From contig CAXXLQ010000004.1 of NCBI GenBank assembly GCA_963668695.2, positions 768,001 through 832,000 on the forward strand: a DNA stretch of 64,000 nucleotides, written 5' to 3'. The translations under genes were made by a program, and so were the position numbers. This DNA is from Vicinamibacteria bacterium (GTDB lineage Bacteria > Acidobacteriota > Vicinamibacteria > Marinacidobacterales > Marinacidobacteraceae). Positions within the stretch are counted from its first letter, which is position 1. Each line of letters starts with the position of its first letter. Below the pieces are notes generated by a model. It had not been told where the DNA came from, made no database searches, and was given only the letters and a program-made list of their open reading frames with translations. Positions 40,583 to 49,577 of the stretch are shown piece after piece.

Positions 40583-43500
40583 ATGCGCAACCCGATGCGG
40601 CTTCAGGCCGCTCTCGCCCTTTCTTTCGCCCTCGGGCTCCCCGCGGCCGCGCTGGCCCAGCCGGCGCCCGACGAGCTCGGCGGCCTCAAATTCCGCCACA
40701 TCGGGCCCGTGGGCAACCGAGCCCTCTCGGTCGCCGGCATCCCGGGCAACCCCGACATCTACTACGCCGGGGCGGCCACCGGAGGAATCTGGAAGACCGA
40801 AGACGGGGGCATCAAGTGGCGCCCGGTGTTCGACGACCAGGATGTCCACGCCATCGGCGCGCTGGCCGTCTCCGAGTCCGACCCCAACATCGTGTGGGCC
40901 GGGACCGGCGAGACCTTCATCCGGGCCAACGTCTCCATCGGCATCGGAGTGTTCAAGTCCACCGACGCCGGCGAGACCTGGAAGCACATGGGCCTCGACG
41001 CGACCGCGCGGATCGGCCGGATCATCATCCATCCGACGAACCCGGACATCGTTTACGCGGCGTCGCTGGGACACGCCTACACCCCCCAGCCGGAGCGCGG
41101 CATCTACCGGACCATGGACGGGGGCGAGACCTGGGAACACGTCCTGTTCGTGGACGAAAACACCGGCGCCTCGGACCTGGTGATGGACCCGAACAACCCC
41201 CGGATCCTGTACGCCGGGATGTGGCAGCTCGAGTTGAAGACCTGGACCCGGGTGAGCGGCGGACCCGGAAGCGGCCTCCATATGAGCCGGGACGGCGGCG
41301 GCACCTGGACGAAGCTCGAAGGCAACGGCCTTCCGGAGCTGGAGGTGGGCAAGATCGCGCTTTGCATGAGCAAGTCGGACTCCCGGCGGGTGTTTGCGTT
41401 GATCGAGACGGCGGACGGCGTCTCCTACGCCGGCGAAGAAGCCGAGAGCGGAGAGCTGTGGGCCACGAGCGACGGCGCCAAGACCTGGACGCTCCAGACC
41501 CACAACCGGGACCTCGCGGGCAGAAACGCCTACTACTCCCGCTGCGGGGCGGCGCCGGACGACAAGGACGAGGCCTACTTCCTCACTTCGTCCTTCGCCT
41601 CGACCCTGGATGCCGGCAAGTCGCACCGGGTGCACGGCCGCGATGAGGCGCCGGGCTGGGACCACCACGACATCTGGATCGACCACACCGACGGCGACCG
41701 GATGGCGGTGGCGCACGACGGCGGGGTGTCCATCTCGCGAAACCGGGGCGCCTCGTGGTTCAAGATCCAGTTGCCGCTCGCCCAGATGTACCACGTGACG
41801 GTGGACAACGACATCCCCTACAACGTGCTCGGGAACCGGCAGGACGGCCCCTCCACCCGGGGGCCGAGCCGGGCGTTCACCGGCGGGTTCTTCGGCAGCG
41901 GCATTCCCCGGGGGATGTGGCACGGGGTCGGCGGGGGCGAGAGCGGCTTCGCGACTCCCGATCCGGAGGATCCGAACATCGTCTGGTCGAGCGCTTCCGG
42001 CGCCGGCGCCGCCGGCGGGATCGTGGTCCGCTACGACGAGCGCACCCGGCAGTTCCGCCAGCTCGAGGTCTGGCCGGAAAGCACGATGGGCTGGCCGGCC
42101 CAGGACCTGCGGTACCGGTTCCAGTGGGTCTTCCCGCTACTGATCTCGCCGCACGACCGCAACACCGTCTATGTCGGCAGCCAGCACGTCCACCGGACCA
42201 CCAACGGGGGCCAGAGCTGGGAGGAAGTCAGCCCCGATCTGACCACCAACGACAAGTCCCGCCAGACCATCTCCGGCGGCCTCACCCCGGACAACATCGG
42301 GGTGGAGTTCTGCTGCGTGATCTACGCGATCGACGAGAGCCCGGTTACCGAGGGCGTGATCTGGGCCGGCACCAACGACGGGATGATCCACCTGACCCGG
42401 GACGGCGGCGCCAACTGGACCGATGTGACCGCGAACGTGCCCGACATGCCGGTGGACGGGGTGGTGCGCAACATTGACGCCTCGAAGTGGGAGGCCGGCA
42501 AGGCGTACATGACCGTCGAAGCCCACCAGGTGGGCAACTTCGAGCCGTACGTGTACCGGACCGAAGACTTCGGAGAGTCGTGGACCAGGATCGTCAACGG
42601 CGTGGCGGACAGCCCGCTCAGCTACACCCGGAACGTGCGGGAGGATCCGGTGCGGCCCGGGCTCCTCTACCTCGGGACCGAGAACTTTCTCTACGTGAGC
42701 TTCGACGACGGGGACAACTGGCAGCGGCTCACGGGCGGGCTGCCGCCGAGCCCGATGTACTGGATCACGGTGCAGGAGCACTTCGGCGATCTGGTGGTCG
42801 GGACCTACGGACGCGGCTTCTGGATCATGGACGACATCTCGCCGCTCCAGCAGTGGACCGACGAGGTGGAGGCCGCGAGCGTCCACCTGTTCCAGCCCCG
42901 GGGGGCCTATCGGTTCCATTCCATCACCGCGCCCTTCGCCCAGTTCGACGACTGGTCCGCCGGCGAGAACCCCCCCTACGGCGCCCCGATCAGCTTCTGG
43001 CTGGACGAGGCGACCGAAGATGTTTCCATCGAGATCAAGAGCGCCGGCGGGGAGACGATCCGCACCCTCGAGACGGAGGGAGAAGTCGGCCTGAACCGGA
43101 TGTACTGGGATCTTCGGGAGGAAGCCTCGACCAAGGCGGTACTGCGGACGCAACCCCGCTTCGCCGACTGGGTGGACCTCGACGAGGAGCGGACCCGCGA
43201 GGGGCAGATCGGCCGGATCTCGATCCTCGCTCCGCCCGGTCAGTACACCGTGGCGCTGAAGGTCGGGGACACCGAGCAGACGGCGCCCCTCGAGGTGCGG
43301 AAGGACCCGAAGAGCGAGGGCTCGATGGAGGACATCGCCGCCCAGACCGCGCTGCTCCGCCTGCTACGCGCCGACCTCGAAACGGTGACCGGGATGGTGA
43401 ACGAGATCGAGTGGCTGCGCCGCCAGGTGCTCGATTTGAAGATGGTGGCCGAGGAGGCCGGGCGGGTCGAATCCATCGCCTCGGTGGTGGACGGGCTCGA

Positions 43501-43813
43501 CGGCTCGCTGCTCGCGGTGGAGGAACAGTTGATCCAGCTCCTCGTGACCGGAACCGGCCAGGACCGGATCCGTTGGCCGACGCAGCTTGCGGGCCGGATC
43601 ACCTACCTGGCCGGCGCGGTGGCGAGCAACGACTTCCCCCCGACCGACCAGATGCGGGAGGTCTATGACCGGCTCCGCGAGCGGGTGGAGGCCCGCACCG
43701 CGGAATTCGCCGACATCGTGGAGTCCGGCCTGACCAGCGTGAACAGCACCCTCGACGCCGAGGGGATGCCCGGCATCGTGCGGGTGGAAGGGAAGGAACC
43801 CGGCTCGCGCTAA
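40583..43813 (+). CDS. Secreted VPS10/BNR-repeat (sortilin/GH74-like) protein
   Basis: Signal peptide, FRHIGP, many Asp-boxes (SxDGGxTW), VVGTYGRGFWI. Confidence 0.9.
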   Translation: MRNPMRLQAALALSFALGLPAAALAQPAPDELGGLKFRHIGPVGNRALSVAGIPGNPDIYYAGAATGGIWKTEDGGIKWRPVFDDQDVHAIGALAVSESDPNIVWAGTGETFIRANVSIGIGVFKSTDAGETWKHMGLDATARIGRIIIHPTNPDIVYAASLGHAYTPQPERGIYRTMDGGETWEHVLFVDENTGASDLVMDPNNPRILYAGMWQLELKTWTRVSGGPGSGLHMSRDGGGTWTKLEGNGLPELEVGKIALCMSKSDSRRVFALIETADGVSYAGEEAESGELWATSDGAKTWTLQTHNRDLAGRNAYYSRCGAAPDDKDEAYFLTSSFASTLDAGKSHRVHGRDEAPGWDHHDIWIDHTDGDRMAVAHDGGVSISRNRGASWFKIQLPLAQMYHVTVDNDIPYNVLGNRQDGPSTRGPSRAFTGGFFGSGIPRGMWHGVGGGESGFATPDPEDPNIVWSSASGAGAAGGIVVRYDERTRQFRQLEVWPESTMGWPAQDLRYRFQWVFPLLISPHDRNTVYVGSQHVHRTTNGGQSWEEVSPDLTTNDKSRQTISGGLTPDNIGVEFCCVIYAIDESPVTEGVIWAGTNDGMIHLTRDGGANWTDVTANVPDMPVDGVVRNIDASKWEAGKAYMTVEAHQVGNFEPYVYRTEDFGESWTRIVNGVADSPLSYTRNVREDPVRPGLLYLGTENFLYVSFDDGDNWQRLTGGLPPSPMYWITVQEHFGDLVVGTYGRGFWIMDDISPLQQWTDEVEAASVHLFQPRGAYRFHSITAPFAQFDDWSAGENPPYGAPISFWLDEATEDVSIEIKSAGGETIRTLETEGEVGLNRMYWDLREEASTKAVLRTQPRFADWVDLDEERTREGQIGRISILAPPGQYTVALKVGDTEQTAPLEVRKDPKSEGSMEDIAAQTALLRLLRADLETVTGMVNEIEWLRRQVLDLKMVAEEAGRVESIASVVDGLDGSLLAVEEQLIQLLVTGTGQDRIRWPTQLAGRITYLAGAVASNDFPPTDQMREVYDRLRERVEARTAEFADIVESGLTSVNSTLDAEGMPGIVRVEGKEPGSR

Positions 43814-43961
43814 AGCGTTGGGGCCCCGCCGCCTTCGCCGGGCTTGTGGCCGGCGGCGGGTCCCCGCCCGCGGTGCCCGCGCCCGTCAATCCCGGTCGGA
43901 GGGTGGGCCGTCTCCTGTGATTGCGAAATACTGCTACTGCTAGTGATGGCAGAACGCAGTC

Positions 43962-44198
43962 ATGCCAGTCCAGATCACCGTCCGCAACGTCCCCGAGTGG
44001 GTGCGCGACGAACTCGCCGCGCGCGCGGCGCGGAAGCGGCAGTCCATGCAGGAATTCCTGCGTTGCGAGCTGGAACGGATTGCGTCCTTTCCGTCCATTG
44101 CCGATTGGCTGGAAGGGGTCCGGGAGCGCGCGGAAGCGGCTGAAAGCCGGGTTCCCCCATCGGTCATCCTCGCGGCCCGCGACCGGGATCGGAGCTGA
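43962..44198 (+). CDS. FitA-like ribbon-helix-helix antitoxin without a toxin partner
   Basis: QITVRNVP..VRDELAARAARKRQSMQEFLR. Confidence 0.75.
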   Translation: MPVQITVRNVPEWVRDELAARAARKRQSMQEFLRCELERIASFPSIADWLEGVRERAEAAESRVPPSVILAARDRDRS

Positions 44199-44243
44199 CC
44201 ACCGCCCCCCGACCTAACCGACGGGGGCGGCAAAATTCCCCAA

Positions 44244-45407
44244 TCAAGCGAGGAGTTCGCCCTCCCAGAGGGACCCCAGGAAATCCATGATCGGAAGAAT
44301 CCTGATCCCGTCCACGATCCGTGGCGCGGGCTCGCGGCACACCACGATCTGGCGTCGTAGCGGGGTCTCCACCGCCAGCCGGCGTAAGCCGTTCAGATCA
44401 CGCGACGTAACCGAACTGCTGGCCTTCACTTCGATCGCCACCTCGTCGCCGACCACAAAATCCACCTCGGAGCCGTCCTCCGTCCTCCAATAACTGAGCG
44501 GCCGCGGGTCGCGAGCGTAGGCGAGCCAGGCGCTCAACTCGCAGAAGACGAGCTGCTCAAGAGCAGGGCCGAACATCGGGCTGCCAGGCTGGATCTTTTC
44601 GACGGACGCCAGCGCGTTGGCGACGCCAACATCGAAGAAGAAGAGCTTGCGGCGGGAAACCGGCTTGCGGCGCGCCTTGCGGGGTGAGAACGGCGGCAGC
44701 AACGTACCGAGCAAGGTGTCCTCGATCACCTGGAAGTATTCCCGGACGGTTCGCGCCGGGACGGCCGCGTCGGACGCCAACCGCTCAAACACGATGGACT
44801 GCGCGTAGCTCGCGCCGGCAACGGTCAAGAACCGCGAGAAGGGTTCGACTCCGCGCACCAGACCCTCCGCCTGGATCTCCAGCCGCAGGTAGTTCCCGCA
44901 GTAGGCGCGGAGATCCTCCATCGGCTCATCTGAGAAATAGACGGAGGGAATCCCGCCGAAGTTGATCGCCCGCAGCAGGTCCCAATCGGGCACCTCTGCG
45001 GAAACGAACGGATACATACGCCGGGTCCGTGCCCGGCCACCCAACAGGTTCACTCCGCCGCGCCGCAGTTTGGCGGGGCTGCTCGCCGCGAGGACGAACT
45101 GGAAACCGCGGCTCTCGATCAGGTCGTGCACCTCGTCGAGCAGGCTCGGCAGCTTCTGGATTTCGTCGATGACCACCGGACCGGATTCGGCATTGGTGCT
45201 TGCCAGCTCCTGACGCAGACGCCCGGGCTCGCGGGAAAGGCGCAGAAACACATCCCCGTGAAGCAGGTTGAACCACGGCGAATCGGGGTAGCGCTGGCGG
45301 AGCCAGGTGGTTTTGCCCGTCTGGCGCGGCCCGAACAGGAAGACCGAGCGGCGGGACAAATCGCGCGCGAGGTCGAGGCGGCGAGGTAAGAGGGCGGAGT
45401 TCTTCAC
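44244..45407 (-). CDS. AAA_14 ATPase with DUF4143 / PD-(D/E)XK-like C-terminus (COG1373 type)
   Basis: GPRQTGKT, IDEIQK, GG.P, KLFFFDVG, EVDFV...IEVK. Confidence 0.9.
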   Translation of the reverse strand: MKNSALLPRRLDLARDLSRRSVFLFGPRQTGKTTWLRQRYPDSPWFNLLHGDVFLRLSREPGRLRQELASTNAESGPVVIDEIQKLPSLLDEVHDLIESRGFQFVLAASSPAKLRRGGVNLLGGRARTRRMYPFVSAEVPDWDLLRAINFGGIPSVYFSDEPMEDLRAYCGNYLRLEIQAEGLVRGVEPFSRFLTVAGASYAQSIVFERLASDAAVPARTVREYFQVIEDTLLGTLLPPFSPRKARRKPVSRRKLFFFDVGVANALASVEKIQPGSPMFGPALEQLVFCELSAWLAYARDPRPLSYWRTEDGSEVDFVVGDEVAIEVKASSSVTSRDLNGLRRLAVETPLRRQIVVCREPAPRIVDGIRILPIMDFLGSLWEGELLA

Positions 45408-45417
45408 GAGAGTACTA

Positions 45418-45474
45418 TTTTCAGCATAACATCTGCGGAAAATCCTGGTTTTCCAGCATCAGCAATGCGGATTT
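45418..45474. promoter_or_regulatory. Tandem palindromic operator upstream of the AAA ATPase
   Basis: TTTTCAGCA-N7-TGCGGAAAA and TTTTCCAGCA-N7-TGCGGATTT. Confidence 0.6.
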
Positions 45475-45537
45475 CGGGGAATTTGCTCGCGAAGGAAGCA
45501 TCCCGGGACCGTCGAGGGGCAGGACTTCCCGGGTGGC

Positions 45538-46317
45538 TCAGTGACCTCGCCGGCGCGCCTGAAGCGCCGAAATCCCGGTGTCGGCCGATTTCCGATGCCG
45601 CTCCTCCTCGAGCCACCGAACCAGCATCTGCTCGGGAAGGCGAAGGACGTGCCCCTGTCCCGGGACCACCTCCAGCGTCACCTTCGCGCCTGCCGCCCGG
45701 AGGCGCGCGGCCGTGGACTCCGACCCGGCCACCCAGTTCCGATCGTGTTCCCCGACCATGAGCAGGACCGGCACCCCGGCCAGCGACTCCAGCGAGGCTT
45801 CCCCGGAGGTGCGCCCCGGCATCGCGAGGATCGCGGCCACCCGGCCCGGCATCGCCAGCGCCGCGTGAAAGACCCCGACGCCTCCCGCGGAGGCCCCCGT
45901 GAGGACAATTTCGTCGGCCGCCTCCGGCAGATTTTCCTCGATCCACTCCAGCAGCGCGGGCACGACGTCCGCAGCGCTCTCGGCGAGTCCCGGACCGTAG
46001 ATCTCGACGCCGACGACGGCGTAGCCGGCCGCGGGTGCTGCCTCGTCCCAGTAGGTTTCGACCAGCCCCGCGAGGAGGCCCGCGTCACCCGCGCCCCACG
46101 GGAACGCCACCACGACTCCCTTGGCGGGCCCCGGCGGCCGCACGACGAGCAGGTTCAGCCGGCCGCCGGCCGGGAGCGACAGCGAAACCCACCCCGGTGT
46201 CCCCGGTGGAGGCAGTCCGGGGACACCGCCCGCGGCACAGGAGAGCAGCGACGCAACGATGAGGGCCGTCGCGAGCAGCACGGATCCGGTTCGCGAGGCG
46301 CAGACAGACTCGGCCAT
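45538..46317 (-). CDS. Alpha/beta-hydrolase, probable lipoprotein
   Basis: Lipobox LLSC, nucleophile elbow GASAG, GEHD, GQGH. Confidence 0.75.
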   Translation of the reverse strand: MAESVCASRTGSVLLATALIVASLLSCAAGGVPGLPPPGTPGWVSLSLPAGGRLNLLVVRPPGPAKGVVVAFPWGAGDAGLLAGLVETYWDEAAPAAGYAVVGVEIYGPGLAESAADVVPALLEWIEENLPEAADEIVLTGASAGGVGVFHAALAMPGRVAAILAMPGRTSGEASLESLAGVPVLLMVGEHDRNWVAGSESTAARLRAAGAKVTLEVVPGQGHVLRLPEQMLVRWLEEERHRKSADTGISALQARRRGH

Positions 46318-46393
46318 GGCTCGGAAACGCTCGCAGCGAGTCTATGCGCGCGGGAGCTGAGGGCCCCTACCGGGAGAACCGGCCGGCGGTCCC

Positions 46394-46485
46394 TACCCGC
46401 CTACGCCTCTCCCAGGCGTTCCAGGATCAGCTGGTCGATCTGCCAGAGCTGGTCTTCGCGGTTCGAGTAGGGACCGGGGCGGTAG
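46394..46485 (-). repeat. Displaced duplicate of the Rieske gene 3' end (att-like)
   Basis: 53-bp identity of 46433-46485 with 48470-48522; distal codons differ mostly synonymously. Confidence 0.9.
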
Positions 46486-46496
46486 CGAAGTCTGTG

Positions 46497-46552
46497 TTTT
46501 CCGCAGGATCGTTGCGGAAAACACCCGTTTTCGGCATCTCCGCTGCGGAAAT
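46497..46552. promoter_or_regulatory. Orphan tandem palindrome homologous to the ATPase operator
   Basis: TTTTCCGCA-N7-TGCGGAAAA and TTTTCGGCA-N7-TGCGGAAAT. Confidence 0.6.
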
Positions 46553-46597
46553 CGGCGACCACGACCGCAGAGGTCCCGCGTGGAGCGCCTGAGCGAA

Positions 46598-47035
46598 TTA
46601 GACGGGGCGAAGCGGATGCTGCCAACGCAGTCCAGTGAACCTACTGAAATCGGAGTCGGTTGAGACCATCGTGCACCCGTGCTCAATGGCGACCGCGGCG
46701 TGCTGAGCGTCGGCAACCAGTTTGCCCGTTGCTCCGGCAGCGCGGCAGAGCCTTTCAAGGATGGCGAGGTGATTCGGGCCGGGACCAACGATGCGGGCTG
46801 TGGGCCGCGCAACCAGTTCTGAAACGAAGGCGAGCGCTTCGTCCAGCGTAGAGGGCGGGCGGAAGATGCGCGGATTCGTCGCGATCCGAAGGAACCCCGT
46901 CAGCGCCAGAACCGAGAGTGCAAATGGTTCCGGGCCATTCGCCAGCCGAGTGAGCCACTCCGCATAGCGGGGATGTTCGGAAGTCGAATCCGAGCGATGC
47001 GCGTACAAGAGCACGTTGACGTCGGGGAGCAACAT
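46598..47035 (-). CDS. vapC: VapC-family PIN toxin
   Basis: LPDVNVLLYA, FLRIATNPRIF, VADA..AA.AIE, STDSDFSRF. Confidence 0.92.
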   Translation of the reverse strand: MLLPDVNVLLYAHRSDSTSEHPRYAEWLTRLANGPEPFALSVLALTGFLRIATNPRIFRPPSTLDEALAFVSELVARPTARIVGPGPNHLAILERLCRAAGATGKLVADAQHAAVAIEHGCTMVSTDSDFSRFTGLRWQHPLRPV

Positions 47036-47052
47036 CTCGCCGGGCGCTCCCG

Positions 47053-47298
47053 TCAGCCGTAGCGCGCCTCGTCGTCGCGGGTCTCGAGTACGCGCGGGCG
47101 GTCGAGGTCAACCCCCGGGCGCGGGCCTTCGCCGCCGACGGTGATCAATCGAAACGGCTTGATGTGGGTGGGTTCCGGGCGCTTCAGAGCGTCGTCCACG
47201 ATCCTCGCAATAAATGCGCTCACACTCAGGCCTTGAGTTGTGGCTTCCCGCCGCACTTCCTCCGCGAGCCGGTCTTCCATCGAGATCGTCGTTCGCAT
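47053..47298 (-). CDS. vapB: VapB-type RHH antitoxin
   Basis: MRTTISMED.L...GLSVSAFI; directly upstream of vapC. Confidence 0.85.
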   Translation of the reverse strand: MRTTISMEDRLAEEVRREATTQGLSVSAFIARIVDDALKRPEPTHIKPFRLITVGGEGPRPGVDLDRPRVLETRDDEARYG

Positions 47299-47398
47299 GA
47301 TGCACATCATAACCAATAGGCATCACTACATCAGATCACGCTTCGAGGGCCAGTCCGAGCTCCTTGAGGACGGCGGAAACGCTCGTTCCGAGGAATCG

Positions 47399-48322
47399 CT
47401 ATCCGTTCGTGGCTCGAAATTGCGTGAAGCGGCGCTCCAGATGGGCAGGATCCGGCCAATCCTTCTCTCTCGAAGGTAGTCGGAGCGCGGTGTTCTCCAA
47501 GCCCTTGAGGGCCGTTAGCAGATCGCCGTCCCGGCGACTCTTGAGACGCGGAGCGACGTGAATCCGGAAGTTCTGATCCACTCCAATGAGATACGAATCG
47601 AAGGCTTCGTGATGCAACGTGGACATACAGATCCCGTTCTTGACCGAGGCAGGCCCTCCTTCGCTGTCGGGCACAATGTGGGCGCCTACCAGAAGTTCGC
47701 GTACCGGAAGGCCACTAAACGCGCAGCGATATGCGTAGGCGGCCTTGGTACGGGCGCTGAACCACCGCTGGTGGTTCCTCGTGCGCCTCTCCCCATAAGA
47801 GTACGAGCGCTCCCGGACTTGTTCGGCCAAGACCGGTACGGCCTGCGCGAAGTGATCGCTGGTGCTGAGCAGTGCCTCCGATCCCCGTATTTCCTCGATC
47901 CACACCGGAAACACCGGCTCGTACACCGCCGGCTCCACGCCCACGAAATAGATCAAGGGCGCGCGCCGTTCCATCGCCAATCGGAGTGAACGGTTGGTCG
48001 CTTCGTCAGGACCGCCACGCGCCAAGTCGTACCGCAACAGCCCAGTCTGAGCATCAAAGCGGTCTGACCCTAGTTCCTGGTCCTCGTACCACAGCGTCCT
48101 TCCCGATCTGGGAACAACCGTCTTGATGCTGAGCGCACCGCTCATCTGTCTGGGCTTGAAAATTCCCTTGGCACGGTTGGCGAAATGAACGGTCTCTCCC
48201 TGGGCCACGAACCCCGCGTGGATCTTGTCCCACGGAACACGACCGGCGTAGTCACGCGATAACTGCTCGATAGCGAGGAACGCTCTGGCGCGGATGTATT
48301 GGTCTGAATCCGTCAAGGGCAA
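47399..48322 (-). CDS. HNH endonuclease (putative modification-dependent restriction enzyme)
   Basis: CAFSG, GAHIVPD, NGICM..LHH.AFD; N-terminal domain of about 170 aa. Confidence 0.85.
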   Translation of the reverse strand: MPLTDSDQYIRARAFLAIEQLSRDYAGRVPWDKIHAGFVAQGETVHFANRAKGIFKPRQMSGALSIKTVVPRSGRTLWYEDQELGSDRFDAQTGLLRYDLARGGPDEATNRSLRLAMERRAPLIYFVGVEPAVYEPVFPVWIEEIRGSEALLSTSDHFAQAVPVLAEQVRERSYSYGERRTRNHQRWFSARTKAAYAYRCAFSGLPVRELLVGAHIVPDSEGGPASVKNGICMSTLHHEAFDSYLIGVDQNFRIHVAPRLKSRRDGDLLTALKGLENTALRLPSREKDWPDPAHLERRFTQFRATNG

Positions 48323-48437
48323 TCAGGAAGTCTCCTCAAGGCTACCAACCTGGGCCGGAGCACCATTCGCCCGCCTGTCGGCGGTCTCTGACCTGCGCGC
48401 CGCGATGCCGGTGTGAACACCGGCGGCCCGTACCCGC

Positions 48438-49577
48438 CTAAGCCTCCCCGAGCCGTTCCAGAATCAGGCGGTCGATCTGCCAGAGCTGGTCTTCGCGGTT
48501 CGAGTAGGGACCGGGGCGGTAGGCGGAGGAGGCGATGCCCCGCTGGGCGAGTTCGGAGACGTGCCAATCCTGGAGGTTCGTGGTGTGCCAGAACTCGACG
48601 GCGCGGGCGGGGTCGAACTCTTCTCCCGCCAGCGTCTCCTCGCTGAACAGCCAGTCGCAGCGGATCGCGGTGCGGCCCACGCCAAGCGGCCGCATCAGGT
48701 AGCGGATCACGTAATCCGGATGCAGGCAGAGCATCACGTTCGGCAGCAGGATGTCGTAGGCGACCAGGCGCCGGTCCTTTTCAGACAGGTCCGGTAGAGG
48801 GGCCCCGACCAACCGACCATCCGTGGAAAGGGTCTCGATCCCGTCCGCGAGGTCCATCGCCGAGCCGATCGCGCCGGGGGTGACCGGATAGTTCTCGCCG
48901 CTCAGGTAGTGCGAAAAACGCTGGAGCTGCGGATGGATCACCGGGCAGTGGAGGCACTCGGAGAAGTTCTGGACCACCAGCTTCCAGTTCGCCTTCAGGT
49001 CGTAATGCTCGGTGTGGGCGGACCGCAGCGCAGCGATCCCCCACGGAACAAGCCGCAGGGCGGCCGGCCCGAGCTGCTCCACCAGGTCCGGGCCCTCACC
49101 CGCCACCCGCACGAAGACGATCCCGGCCCATTCCTCGCAGGCGGCGGAGGCCAGCGGGTAGTCCGAAACCGAAAACCCCTCCACGCGGTCCATGTGCGGC
49201 GCCCGCCGGAGCTGGCCGTCCAGCCCGTAGGTCCAGGCGTGGTACGGACACTGGATCGAGCCGGCAAGACACCCCGCCTCCGCCTCCACCATCCGGGTGC
49301 CGCGGTGCCGGCAGACGTTGTGGTGCGCGCGGATCACCCCGTCCTGGCCTCGCACCACGATCAGCGAATCGCCCGCGATCTCCACCAGCCGGTAGTCCCC
49401 CGGTTCCGGTAGATCCTCCGCCGGGCAGGCTGCGTTCCACATCGCCCGGTGGATCCGTTCTCCCTCGCGTTCGAAGACCGCCGGATCGCAGTAGTAGCGG
49501 GCGGGGAGCGTTTTCGCCCCGGCCGGAGCGGGCGGGCGGGCGTCGGCGTACGCCGCCTCGGACGCCACCTTCGTCAA
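48438..49577 (-). CDS. Rieske non-heme iron oxygenase alpha subunit (GbcA/Stc2-like)
   Basis: CRHRG, CPYHAW, NFSECLHCPVIHP, QDW..SE; TTG start overlaps the upstream stop. Confidence 0.92.
   Translation of the reverse strand: MTKVASEAAYADARPPAPAGAKTLPARYYCDPAVFEREGERIHRAMWNAACPAEDLPEPGDYRLVEIAGDSLIVVRGQDGVIRAHHNVCRHRGTRMVEAEAGCLAGSIQCPYHAWTYGLDGQLRRAPHMDRVEGFSVSDYPLASAACEEWAGIVFVRVAGEGPDLVEQLGPAALRLVPWGIAALRSAHTEHYDLKANWKLVVQNFSECLHCPVIHPQLQRFSHYLSGENYPVTPGAIGSAMDLADGIETLSTDGRLVGAPLPDLSEKDRRLVAYDILLPNVMLCLHPDYVIRYLMRPLGVGRTAIRCDWLFSEETLAGEEFDPARAVEFWHTTNLQDWHVSELAQRGIASSAYRPGPYSNREDQLWQIDRLILERLGEA

Noticed and set aside
47337-47395. Short segment VSAVLKELGLALEA* resembling a type I methyltransferase C-terminus
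   Set aside because: Too short to support; may be chance.
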